A stretch of 64,000 nt of DNA from Paraspadella gotoi (GCA_051294375.1 CM119267.1:12533081-12597080), one strand, 5' to 3'. Positions 1-13,396 are shown, counted from the first letter of the stretch. Notes: a model not told the origin generated them from the letters alone. A program made the numbers and translations.

Positions 1-93
1 AAATATCACTTATGGTTTCGCACTAGAAATCCCGTGTCTATTTACTTATAAATGATAGAGGTCGGAATGCGCTGAATCAAGACAGATCGGCGA

Positions 94-124
<31 letters not shown>

Positions 125-269
125 GAGAAGAAAGAAAAGAATTTGTGAAAACCGTGCGAGAAAGCGGGAAACGGAAGATGTTAGAATAATAAAGGAAAGA
201 ATACTTAGAAGAAACGAAAGAATACAAATCTCCAAACAAAATTCTTAAATTTACTTTCTTCTTCTTCTC

Positions 270-349
270 TCTCCTTACCTTCACCTGTCCTCAATCTGAC
301 CACTGTCCTTTTCTCAACCTTTGTTGGAAGCTTTTTCTCTCTCTCTCTT

Positions 350-389
<40 letters not shown>

Positions 390-552
390 ACTCAATATTA
401 AGAGAAAAATTTGTCTGATTAGTCAAACGCTGATGAAGGCTTATACATAAAGCCGAAACATGTCCCTATGTGAAATAAAAATCGTTGTAAATAAACAAAT
501 AAACTTTGTTTTTCTCTAAATCTACAAAAACAACAAAACGAAAGGAAATTAA
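270..552 (+). mobile_element. Penelope-like pLTR fragment
   Basis: Homologous to 5308-5503 and 44450-44945 (CACCTGTCC..TGACCACT, (CT)n, hammerhead core, AATAAA, CAACAAAACGAAA tail). Confidence 0.7.
425..468 (+). ncRNA. Minimal type I hammerhead ribozyme motif
   Basis: CUGAUGA (430-436), stem II GGCUU/AAGCC, GAAAC-AU-GUC with palindromic ACAUGU stem III; stem I weak. Confidence 0.75.
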
Positions 553-1502
553 CACAAATTATATTTTAAATTAGATTTCTGAATTAGATTTTTTTAAAAA
601 AAACTACTGATTAAAAATATTTTTACCAGAGGTTTTTTTAATATATTCTTTTACCGGCCAATGTAGAATGATGGCAATATTGCTATTGTTAAGTTTTAAA
701 AAAATCTAGACATGAATATAGAAAATATTAATCAAAATATTTAGAAAATCAACCCCTTTTATAGAAGATTTTCACCATAAAGGATTTTTCCTGAATCTGA
801 CTACCGGTTGAAAACTCTTAGAATTCCAAAAACGACTAATCCACTTTATCATGATCGTATCATATTAAAATAACCACATAAAATATAAAGAAAAATTTTG
901 AGAGACCTTCAGACACCTCGCCAGAGGATTATTGAATTAGACGTCATTTGTTGAACAGGAACATACCTGTCACGTTTATATCATTTTCAAGGAAAAAAAT
1001 CCTTTTTCATTTCTATATAAAATCAGAGATGGATAATTTTCCCGTACAGAAGCAGTCTATTTATCCTGGCTTGTTTGATATCAAAATGTTAATGATTTGT
1101 AAAAAGAAAAAAAATGTGAGCTCTTCAGACGCAACATTGTTGGAATCGAGCGTTTTTACATCTATTTTTTACCGGAATTTTCCCCAGGGGCGTTTATAAA
1201 GTTTAGTAGTCAAATTCGAAAGAAAATCTCCGTTGAAAAAATCTTCCTTAACTTCTAGGAGCGAGGTAGACTCCTAGCAAAAAGTAATTCTGGTGTATTG
1301 AAAAGAGAATTGCCACCCCAGAAAGAAAGAATGAAATAAAGAAAGAAATAAAGAGACAGAGTGAGAGAGAGAGAAAGAGAGAAAAAGAGAGAAAAAGAGA
1401 AAGAGAGAAGAAAACAAGAAAAACCCCAAAAACGTGACAGAGAGGAAGAGGATGGACGATTCTTTGACGTCGGCTTCCTTGGGGCTTCGGATCGCGTGAG
1501 TG

Positions 1503-1557
<55 letters not shown>

Positions 1558-2248
1558 AAGGAGTGAGGCGTGGGGAAACATAATGATAAAAAGAAACGGG
1601 CAAAGTGTAGGCGTGTCACGGGAGAAGCAACTGAATTTTTTTTTGTCCGGTAGAGCCGAATTCGGGCTGTGAATTTTTTTTGGGGGGATGACTCTACTGA
1701 CAGAGAATCAGCGCCAGCGAAAATACAATTTAATATGACGTGAAAAATGTAGAGTAATGGCTAATTGATATATAACTGATAACTACTAAATAACTTATAA
1801 AAAAAGATAGTATCTCTGAAAAAATCCCTTTTATTCACCAAGAAGGCAATTTTATAGTAATAATATTAATATATTAATAAAAAAAATATTAATTATATAA
1901 AAAAATTCGTGAAAATGAGATGCGGAAAGCCAAAAACAAACAGCGGTAACCGAAAAGCATAAAGCGCGCGCTCCATTCTTGATCGCTGGCGTTCGTTCAA
2001 ATTTTGACCGCTCGAGGTCGCTCGGTGACGAACTGAATTCAACGACAGTCTGCATTCTGAAAAAAATAACTTGAATGTATTCAGTGTATACATAAATAAA
2101 TTTAAAATAATTCAAAAATAGGAGGGATTTACATAGTTGGATCTCGGACGTCCGCTCGGATAAAATCTTACAACCATTTCATCATACTTAAGCGACTTAC
2201 GACAGGTCTCTCTCTCTGAACCCTCACCTGACCTTACCTTACCTTATC

Positions 2249-2527
2249 TCAAGTAAGACGGTTCCATCGGAGTTCTAGAAAATTGGTGACGACGGCGATC
2301 ATCATTAGCGTGGACACGACGATCGCCGCGAGGGCGACGATCTTCAACGAGTCCCACTTCATTTTTTGGACGGGATACTTGGGCAACCGGAGCAACGGAG
2401 TCTCGAGTGTCGGCAAAAAGCAGACGATTTCGACATCGCTGAGAGATGAGACGTCGATTGATCGATCCATTGATTTCTCCATCGCTTCCTCGCTTTCCCC
2501 GAGACTTTTATTTTTCGCTTTGATCAT
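2249..2527 (-). CDS. Possible exon or short ORF of a second gene with one hydrophobic segment (uncharacterised)
   Basis: CpG-rich, exon-like composition; ORF has a TM-like stretch (IVALAAIVVSTLMMIAVVTNF); followed on the minus strand by tandem donor-like sites GTAAG-GTAAG-GTCAG-GTGAG (about 2223-2242). No recognisable family. Confidence 0.3.
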   Translation of the reverse strand: MIKAKNKSLGESEEAMEKSMDRSIDVSSLSDVEIVCFLPTLETPLLRLPKYPVQKMKWDSLKIVALAAIVVSTLMMIAVVTNFLELRWNRLT

Positions 2528-3182
2528 TGAATAATATTTTTGACGCGAAGAGAAAAAAAAATTTTAAGAGGATTCGACCAAAAAGGAATAAAACCAGATG
2601 GACGAGGTTTTAATTTTTTTTTTCGATTCGTCTTACGTAATAGAATGTGGTCGCTATAACTTCAAGTCGTTTTGTTACCTATACGTCTCCGACGCTTTCC
2701 GTGGTTGAATATCAAAAAAGATAATTGACAGAAAGTTAAGTAACCAGTCTGAAATGTTGTTTCTATCGGAAAATGTTTATCCTGTAAATGGAAAATTTTC
2801 CTTTTCCTGCATTTGAAACTATAATTTTTCTTTCTCTTTCAATTTCGTCTGTTATATTTTGAATTATATTTCATTAAACTTTGTCTAAATTTAATTTCAA
2901 ATATTTTTTAAGTTTGAACACAAAAAGGCTTTCTATCTATCTTTATCTTCCTCTCTCCCTCTCTCTCTCCCTCTCTCTCCCTCTCAAAGAAATTACTAAA
3001 AATCGATTTCGGTACTGACAGTTTTTTTTTATTCTTCATACTACTTCATACTACTACATATTACATATTATTTATGATATTTTAAAGTATGATAGCTTGC
3101 TTGAATCAGAAATAGCCATATTTTTATATTATGAAATTGGTACAACCAATATAAAAATTATCCATTCATTTAATAAATAAGC

Positions 3183-3245
3183 TATCTTGCCCCTGACTTT
3201 GGACAGGCTTTGGTGGTTTAAGGCCTCCATCACTCTTACAAGATA
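3183..3245 (-). ncRNA. Twister ribozyme motif, type P5, no P3 stem
   Basis: Minus strand UAUCUUG..GUG-AUGG-AGGCCU-UAA-ACC-ACC-AAA-GCCUG-UCCAAAGU-CAGG..CAAGAUA. P5 closing stem, pseudoknots UGG/CCA and AC/GU, UAA cleavage motif at 3220-3218. P2 is weak. Confidence 0.65.
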
Positions 3246-3421
3246 ATGACATAGCAGGTCCCTGCAAGCTTTCAAGAAAGAAGCTTTCATTAAAGAACAT
3301 CAGTACAGAAATAAACACCAATGTAAAAAAATATATATATATATTTGATATTGACCTTCGCATCAAAGTATTAGATCTACAACAAACTAAAAATTTAAAG
3401 CCAGCGCACACAAGTCTGTCT

Positions 3422-4217
3422 TCAATACTTTCCTTCGCCACTGGCGAAGGCTTTGTTATCGAACGAGGGGGCGCCGGTTTCGACGCCAGGCGTCGGCGGC
3501 GCCGCGATCTTCTTCCGCTTGAAAATGGACGGGCCGCAGCAAGAAACGTCGCAGCAGCTGGAATCGTTTTCGGGGCCTGTTGGCGGAAATATATATAATA
3601 ATTTTATGTTAGTATAGTCGTCGGAGCACAAAGTTAACTTACCAAAGAGGCCGAGCAAAGCTGCTTGAAAGGTGAGGGTGAATAAGTTGGCGAATCCGAC
3701 GATGGAGAAGATGAATGAACCGAACTGAACGAAGAACTGAATCTGGGCGAAGAACATAAAGAAAGCAGCTCCACCCGTCGTCACCGCTCCTGAGTTATGA
3801 CAGGATGGAGCGAATTACTGCATTGAATGAATGAATTTTAAAAAAAATAGTTAAATCATAAAAAATTAAAAAAAAGAATATAGATATGAAGACAAAAATA
3901 AATGAATAAAGGACTAAAGAAACGAATAAATAAATACAAATAAGTATTAAGAGAATGTTGATAAATAAATGAAGGAAAAAGAGAAAAAAAACAAATTATA
4001 AAAAAAATATAGATAGAAAGATAAAAAAAATGAATATAGGACTAAAGAAATGAATAAATAAATAAAATAAATAAAATAAAATAAATTTTGTTAGAGAATT
4101 GACAAAGTTTTTTTTTTGCAACGAATTTTATTTATAATTTGAACACAACATGTTTCGACTTGTTTTACAAGCCTTCATCAGCGTTTTGACAGATTTGGTT
4201 TGAAATTTGTGCATGAG

Positions 4218-4270
<53 letters not shown>

Positions 4271-6274
4271 GAAGACGGAGAGAGAATAGGGTAAAAGTTT
4301 TCCAACAAAGTGGTGTGACAGAATAGTGGTCGGATGAGAGGACAGGTCAAGGTGAGGACAGATTGAATAAGTTGTGAAAAAGAAGTGAAACTTAGAGAGA
4401 GAGAGAGAGAGAGAGAACAGGGATAAAATTGTGCAATGTATAACAAAGATAAATGCTTTGAAACTAAAATTAGTGAAATTTAACAATTGTCTAATGGATA
4501 AATAGTTAACTGAGGGATAGAAAGTGAAAAATGATATGAAATTTGTGAAAAATGAAATATGAGAATTTTTAAGTGTTAAGTAAGTGATTAAAATGAAATT
4601 TAAGGAGTAAGAAAGAGTTCAAAATGAGCTGGCCCCCCTTGGTTTATGCAAATGAAGGGTATGGACGATGGTGACCGGTCATTGGCGCGTCAGTGGCTGA
4701 GAGGAGAGTGCGCCTGAACCGGTAAATTCTGCACCGGGGATTGTACCAGGCGGAAAAATTCCCAATGCCACTCTTATGTCTCTTTGACCTGATACGCCTG
4801 CCAGCTGCCCTCTTCTCGCCTGCTGGCGAGGTGGGCGATTGTCCATTTTTGCCGCTTTTGCGACAGGAATGATTGACTCCTCTCCTTCCTCCTGAAGCTG
4901 TCGTTTTGGGCGGTGCTCAGTCCACAGAGAGAGGGGCTGAGTTGCTGCATTTGAAGGAGAGGCATCATTTGCCCATTGCCTGCGTAAGGGTCTCCGCCTG
5001 TCTCATTGAGTGGAGACAGGGGAATCATTGTGCGGGCGTGGTGGCGGCGGGGCCTCCACCACGCTTGGAGGGAGGTCGAATCGTCCTCCATCGGCTTTGA
5101 TGTAGACTGCCTCTCTAATACCTCTTGAGAACCAGTTTGGGTTATAGGACAGCACAAGACAGTCTGAACCTGTGAAAAAATGGCCTGTTTCTGCTGAATG
5201 CTCAGCTATTGCGGACAAGTAGTGACCTCGGGCGTCACAGTAAGGCTTTTTGTGTTGCTGGAAACGATCTGTAAGAGATTTGCCTGCTGTACAGGCTTGG
5301 TTACCCGCTCATCTGACCACTATTCTGTCTCACCACTTTGTTGAAAAACTTTTACCCTATTCTCTCTCTCTCTCTCCCTTCTTATGTACAAATTTCAAAC
5401 CAATCTGTCAAAACGCTGATGAAGGCTTGTAAAACAAGTCGAAACATGTCTGTTCATTTATAAATAAAATTCGTTGCAAACAAAAACTTTATCAATTCTC
5501 TAATCACTTCTAACAACGAAAAAGAAAGGATTACTTCAATAAATTTCATAAAATTCAGCTCCTTGTATTTTGATGTAAGTGCGGAGTACGATATCGTATT
5601 TCCCGATCTAATACTTGAGCGAGTGGTCTTTTCATACAATTGAAACATTTTTTTAAATTTATACCACTTCATTGGAAAAGAAGCAGGGGTACTCTGGGAC
5701 GTGAATAAATAAGACTTGAGGAGAGTCGTTGATTGAAAGCTCTTCAGGGACTGCTATGTGCATTATCTTGTAAGAAGTGATGGAGGTCTTAAACCACCCA
5801 AGCCTGTCCTAAGTCAGGGGCAAGATAGCTTTTTTATTAATTGAATGGATAATTTTTTATTGGAAAAAGATAAAAAAAAAGAGAGAAGATAAAAATTTAT
5901 TAAATAAATAAATAATAAAATTAATAAATAAATAGATAAATAAATAAATAAATAAATACATAAATGAATAAATAAAAGTTTTTAACCTGATAATATAGAG
6001 ATGCCGATGTGGCCCAAAGCGTCCTTGAGTCGTTCCTCTCGCCCGTGCCTCTTCGAGAGGTTGTAAGCCTCCGCCAAGTGAATCGTGTAGTCGACGGCTA
6101 GACCCACCAGGAAACAGAGGTTCAGACCTTCCAGGAGTCCTAAGGGAGGAAGATTTGTGAGGGAGGAAGTTGCGAGGGGAAATATACGGAGAAACCTGGC
6201 GATACATAATTACACATGGCGACAATCTTCTGCAGTCGTGTTTTGTCATCATAAGGAAAAGCCGTGTGCTTAAT

Positions 6275-6361
<87 letters not shown>

Positions 6362-7776
6362 TACCCAGATACCACCGGGAGAGCGGAATGATGACCAAGA
6401 CGCAGACGACGATTGGGACGATGGTGACCAACATGATGACTGAGATGGGAGACTGAGCGTCACCAAAGAGCACCATGCCGAAGGCAACCGCCAGTCCGAC
6501 CACGATGCCCAAAATGGCTGCAAAGACAAATTAAAAAACAATTTTGGGAGAATAACAGTGACCTTCTCATTGTAACTTGTTTATTAATTATTACATCCAT
6601 CGTCTTATACATGTATACAGGTAACATATATTTACATAAACACCAGTGTTTGGGTTTCAAGTAGGCTTCTAATAGGTTTCCAAATAGGATGCCAAATAAA
6701 TTATGTTTCGCATGGATGCCCATTTATTTGCTGCAGGTCATGATACATTAAATCGGACTTTAATACCTTATATACTATATAATATTATATATTATCAGGA
6801 TAGTCTTTAATCCATTGGCAATTATATTCATGCCGCTCATCACCTTGATCGACGACGGTCTTCGTCTGCATGATCGACTCTCCATAATTGCAGTAGACCA
6901 GCCCGCGCTTGAGTCCTTCCACATCGCCGAAGGATCGAGCGAACTCCTCGTCCCAATTGTTAATCAGCTCGAGTCCCAGTTCTTAAAGGTAAACAAAAAT
7001 AAAACAACAAAGATGGGACAAATTCTGCAAAACGCAAAACTATTTTAACGAACGAATTCCTATTTAAAATTAAAAAAAATAATCATATTCTAAATTTGTT
7101 TACCGAGTCCGATGGAGCGAGCGACATGTTGAGTGGTGGCGCTGATACGGAAAGACTCGATGTTGTGCGGCTTATTAGGACTGAGTTGAAAAAAAAATTA
7201 GATAAAGTCCACCATAGCTACCTAAATCGATCGTGCAATGATAAAAAAATGTGGAGACAAATTGTAAAATGGCGAATGTCGAACCTGAATCTGACACCTG
7301 GCGTGTCATACCGACGCAAATTCATCCAGCGGACGGCGCTGTCGAAAGGACGGTCGGATTGGGAGAGATGGAACGCCTGAGGGATGGACTTTATTGGTGG
7401 ATCTGCAGGAAACATCTTAAATACAATAAAATACAATACTAAAGAAGTCAACTAAAAATTAACTTGTGTCAAAAAAAAAACTTCTCCAGACTTTACAGGT
7501 CATCATAAAACAAATAAAGCCAATTCTTTACTAGAACCTTTTCCTCCATCCTTTACTAAAAGCCATAACACTCACTTTGTTGTCGTTGACGTTCTTCTCG
7601 ACGAAACACTTCCACATCTCCGCCGAGATCGGGAACACGTGGTCTACGTCGGCGTCAACGCCGCACTTTCGCATCGGCTCCAGATAAAAATCGTTGAGGT
7701 TCTCGACGAAGCATTGCACGTCGTTATCGATCGTGTTGTTTGAGGGTTGGTTCTGGGGGAAGAGAGGAGAGAGAGA

Positions 7777-7854
<78 letters not shown>

Positions 7855-10800
7855 GTAATACATATACATTAAGGCGGGTCAAAATTGATAACTTTTTATC
7901 ATTAAGAGTTCTGTAATATAAAATTCATTTGTCCATCATATACTTAATCATTATTTACTATTATTATTTACTAATTACTATTAACTATTAACTATTATTT
8001 ACTATTAAGCTCAGGAACTGCTTAATAGTGCTTATATTGAACGGTTCTGTCACTAACACATAATAAGAATTACTGTTTCTTCACTATCACTTTTATAACT
8101 AGTGAAGCACAGTATAACATTGAAGCATTTAAATAATTATCAATGCATAGGCAATGAAAAAAAATTTTTGTAAAAATATTATTTTGTAAAAACGGATTCA
8201 GATAGCCCATAAAAAGTTGTCTAAACAAAGTATAATGCGTTTTTCAATATTTCTATGATAAGTGGGTCAAATAATGGAAAAACTCTTTAAAATCATCATC
8301 ATCATCGTCTTGCCATAATTGTTATAGTTTTTGCTAATTTTAAGCAATAAAACAAAAAAAATTGGAAATCTTGTTGTAATATTTTTTTTTTCAATCTCTA
8401 CCCGAATCCGTTTTTTAAAATTCTGATTTTGAAAAAAAAAATTCATGATTTATAGTAATACGATAAACTTTCAATGCTTCTATGTTATTAACTATATATA
8501 AAATCTTAAATTTTTTTTAAATTTCGTTATTCCACAGGGATGTTTTAACGTTATTTATATTACAGAACTCTTAGTTTTTACTTTGTTCAGCGTTAATATA
8601 CATATACATACATACTTACATATAATGTCATTGATTTAACTGGTATTAATAGCATAAAAATTATGTTTAAACGTGATGCCATCTCACCCTTCTCGAATTG
8701 GCAGATAAAGGCGCTCTCGTGGTCGCAATTCCATTCGTTCCACCTGCCATTTTCATCCACATTGACGCAACTATTCCATCTCCACGCGTCAGGTTGTCCG
8801 TCTGCCCAGTTGGTCCACGTTTGATTCCCCGCGGCGACGTTCCCGTCAAAGGTGCGCAGTTGCTTGTCGACTTTTCGAACGCCGATCCAAGAATCGTCGC
8901 GGATGAGCGACTCGACGGCACGAGAGGTCGCCCCGTCATTGACGACCGCGAGGCGGCCGCCATCTTGCATGCAGCGAGCGGCAGCAGCCTCGAAGTCGAC
9001 TTGGCTTCGGTGGCGCTGGTAGAAGCGGCCGTCGGATCCGCGGAGGAGTTTGGACGGGGGCGGGACTAGGGTGATGAAGGAATGATGAAGAAAAAATTCT
9101 TTTGAAATAAAATTCAATACCTAATTATTTTTTAAATCGTCACCCCCGTTTTTCTTTCAGCATTAAATTCATTATTTTTTTTAGCAGTCTTGTTTCCGTT
9201 GCGTTAGTATTACTTGCTGACAACGGCATCTACTTATTCCATTGACCCTCTCCCCTTACCAGTGGCCAGCTTGAGCCGCTCTTTTTCTTCTCCTTGAGCG
9301 AGTTTTAGTCTACGACAGGCCTTCCACAAGGCCACTTGCGACTTGGGCTCGTTTACGTCCAACTCTTTGTCGATGACTTTCTTCCCTTTGCACTCTTCAC
9401 GGTTTTTGAGGACGGACTTGGTATTGCACTCCGATCTACAAATTACAAAGCGATAAATACGTAACAAATATTAAATAGGTTTGTAACTCTTGACGTGCAT
9501 AACTAGTTATGCGAATTTCTCATAATTTTTCGGCTCAGACTATTGAACGACGCAATCGTCCCAGTTCTTGACATTAACCCACCTGTCTTGCTCCTTCAAC
9601 CCAAACAGAATGTACATTTTGACTTTTCGATCTCCGTCGTTGACGAGAAATCTTTGATTCTCCATCATCAAGTGCTGCTGCAGATAGTGACCGTCGCGAA
9701 AAATCTGAAGGAAAACCGAAATGTCGTGAAAACATAAAGATATGGTTGTACATCTTTGAAGTTTATCTGCATCGAATGATAACCATGACAAAAATGAAGA
9801 CAAAAGTGAAAACAAAAATGAAAACAAAAACAAAAAAAGGTACCTGTAAATAATTTTCGGGCGGAGGTCGCATCATAGTGGCTATGACTGCGATGGCGCC
9901 GACCATCAAAACGATCGGAATCACGATGAGAACCCAGCGGAATTTACGGTGAGTCGCCATCTTGAAAATCGGACCTAAGCCCATATAAGATCATAAAATA
10001 AGAAGGAAAAAGAATACTACAGTGCCCAAGCTCTTTCAACAACAAACTAATATTGCAAATTCCGACAAGAAGTCAGACAAAAATTATATTCAACCAACCT
10101 TGCATAAATTCAACCACTTTTTGATTTATGTCGAAGTATTTTTTCTGAGCTTGGGCGCCATTCTGCTCCGTCACCGCGTTGCTGCGAGGAAAAATATGAA
10201 AAAAAAATTCTAAAAACAAATCGAGAACAAACGAGAAAGCGACTTACGTTTTAGTCGAGCAGCAGCAAAGGCAATGGAACTGCGAAGAAAAAAAGTTGTT
10301 AACAAAATCATGTTTTAAAAAAGAGAAGAGAATACCAATATCAACCTGAGAAAAGTATTTGTGATGCAAAATGACGGCGGCGGGCAAAAGGGTCAAGACC
10401 GACAAGTAGTTAATGACGATGACGCAAGCCGTGAAGACGCCGAAGGACTCGACCGACAACATCGGACATAAAGCCGACACGATGAAGGCCGCCACTGAAG
10501 TCAGAGTCGTCACCATCATCGACTTTCCGGCTCTGTGAAGATATCAAGTTTAAAGCCGAAGCAAGTCACACAGTTGCTTTATTATTACTGGTGCACCTCT
10601 GGTAGCACTCGGCGAGCCTGTCGGCCAAACTGTCGAACGACTTCTTCTCCAAATATTTCCACGTATCGATGAAGACAAAAATATCGTCTGCACCGATGCC
10701 GAGAGCCAAAAATAGCGCCAAAACTTGAAATACGCCGATGTATTTGTAGCCGAGAACGACATTATAGAACAGATTCGCTGATGGAGACACGGGAATGATT

Positions 10801-13364
10801 TAAGTTCGTCTGTTATTCATTTTTTCCAGACCATGGCCAAAGTTAAGTTGAATATCTGCGCCTAAAATCTCATTTATATCTCGGAGAACAAAGGAATCCG
10901 TTAAATTTCGTACTTGTTAGCTATGAAAACACTTTTGTGATATGTCGTCACCTTCAACGAAACTGAAGACTATGCCGAGAAGTCCCCAAGTGGTTATCCA
11001 CAGCGATCCCGTTTGAAAGTAGATAAAGACCAAAATAAAGGCGAGAGAAGCGAGGAGAAAGTACCAGTCTTTGAAGACCTGAGACGGGTAAAGCACGATA
11101 AAGATTACATGACAATCGTCGTTCAAATACGTAACTTTTGCATTCATTCCGCAAAACTCGCCTGCTTCATGGCTCCGTTAAAGTAAAACCAGTTTCCGCC
11201 TCCATAGTAAACCTGTGCGAAATTATGCAAATTTAGGGCGGAAGTATCATCAAATTTTTCTAGCAGCGTGATCTTTCGTTTTCAATGGCAACAATTTTCT
11301 TTAATTAACGATTAATTTATGTAATTGTATGTAAATAACAAGCGTCGCTCAAATCTCAAATCTTGAAATTTTTTGGGGGAAGTATTGTAGTTTTTTTAAA
11401 TTTTAAAAAATAAAATGGGAATTTTGAAGAGGTAAGAAGCTAAAATATCACAAATTAAGAATTAAGTAAAAAATATCAATCATCCCCCCTCGAATACCCC
11501 CCAAAAAGCAACGATCCCCACCTTCAGCCCCATGAATCCGTCCTCCACCAATCCTCCCAACATCTTCATCAACTCCCCGCGTATTCGATGGCCGCAGAAT
11601 CCTCGATCGTGCCCTCCCTGCCCGGCGCCACGACAGGCTCGCCCAGATCGAAGTAGAACCGCGTGACGTCGCTTCGAGCCACGCCCCTCGACGCGTCGAT
11701 CTCGTTATCGACGCCCAAGAAAATCTTGGCCGAGTCCTCGTCGGTCTCAAGAAAGTCGGAGAGGCCTGTGTGAGGGGACGAGGGATCGGCTTAGGTTCGT
11801 TTTCTTGCAAGATATTTCGTCTTTAAGGTTTTCTTTGGTCAACGGTTTTGAATTGATATACTCGGAAACAGATGAAGCGGGTTTGGTCAACTTAATATGG
11901 AGTCGGCTTCCGTTGGCTATTTTTTCCTTAATTCATCGTCAATTTGTCATAATTTAGTCTTACTGTGGCGCCTCACATCCATCATCGTTCAGCCAATTCA
12001 GGCTCAGAGGGGGAACACACCATCCGAGGCGTTGTGTTCGATCCACAGTCCTAACGACTTCACTCTGCGTTGGCAAAGCAAGACCGTACTAGGGTAACCA
12101 CGCCAGTGACAGGAGGCGTCACTGAGGGTCGGAAGACCCCAAAGCCAACAGTGAGATGCCCCATCCCAGTGGGCATCGCAGGCAACCCGGCTGTTGCCAT
12201 AAGTGGTGAGCCCTACTATCAAGCACGCAACCTTCTCAAAGTACACTGCGACAAATGCCTATACCCTGCCAACTTCGGGTACACTACGAAAAATGCCTAG
12301 GCCCCTGGGGTACGCTACGACAAACGCCTATGGCCCCTCAACTCATGCTCGCTGTCTCTCTCTCCCACGATGGTAACAATCTTGTCAGACACCTCTCCGG
12401 CCTGGAGAACCTTAGTGATGTCTTGGCCTGGGGATCCTGTGGCAGTATATTCACACTGCCTCATGTCCATAATCGTTCAGCCAATCCCATTGGCTTAGAG
12501 GGGGAACACACCATCCCAGGCATTGTGTTCCATCCACAGTCCTAACGATTTCCCCCTGTGTTGGCAAAGTGAGACCATCTGTTGCCATAATACTTCATTT
12601 TTAATTATAACTTGTTTAATTTAGTCACCATAGACTCGTAATTAAAATAAATAAAATATTCAAACTAGTTTAAACAATAAAATCTTCGCGTAAAAACGCT
12701 CACCCTGAGAGATGTTATCGAAGCCAAGATCGAAAGTCTCGAACTTGTTGGCGGATCCGTCGAAGAGACGCAACGGCGACCTCATGGGCACGCAGGTGAT
12801 GAAGCCGCCCATCTTGGCCGTCAGGCAGAGATTACGGTAGCGGGGGTTCTTGAAGATTTCGTACTCGAGCTTGGCGACTTTAACGAGATTTTCGCGGGAA
12901 AACATGTTGCCTGAGGAGAGGATTGGTTTGCTATTTCGTGCAATAGATTCTGCAGTCGACTTCTTGTAAATTTTTTTTGACAATAAAATCAACCTTTTGG
13001 ATCTTCGAGAACGACGCTGATAGACAACATGTGATAATCTCGGAGCCGATTTCCGTATCTTCCCCTAATGTCGCCCCAACGATATTGGTGTTCGTTTGAT
13101 GTGGGAGGAGCCATTTTTGATGCTGAGAAAAATGGAGGAAAGTAGTAAATTTATATACGGGAAAAATATGATTACTAAAATAAAACAAAATTTACCCATG
13201 ATATCTCGCTTTTTCCGGTTATGCGTCCCTGTAAATAAAAAAAAGGAACATAAGATAGAATTATGCGATTTTAAAAATTTTGATTTTATATTCATTATGA
13301 ATTCTTAGAAATTTCTCATGAAAAAAAGAAAAATAGAAAGATCGAAAAAAAAATAAAAGAAATA

Positions 13365-13396
<32 letters not shown>

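Larger units (their letters stand above)
4091..5503 (-). mobile_element. 5'-truncated Penelope-like retroelement (GIY-YIG remnant plus inverted pLTR pair) in intron 24 of the Dispatched-like gene
   Basis: Minus strand about 5290-5060 translates GKSLTDRFQQHKK...SAIAEHSAETGH...LSYNPNWFSRGIREAVYIK, the C-terminal half of a PLE GIY-YIG endonuclease. Inverted repeats 4091-4338 and 5308-5503 each carry a hammerhead core. Confidence 0.85.

Noticed and set aside
6445-6470. Possible compensating indel pair in exon 23 (FGDAQSP vs LVTLSLP)
   Set aside because: The frame is open as assembled; no evidence beyond family resemblance of the alternative frame.
8593-9117. Stand-alone 174-aa lectin gene as suggested by the ORF track
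   Set aside because: It starts at a non-ATG codon in intronic sequence; splice sites and phases place it inside the Dispatched-like gene.
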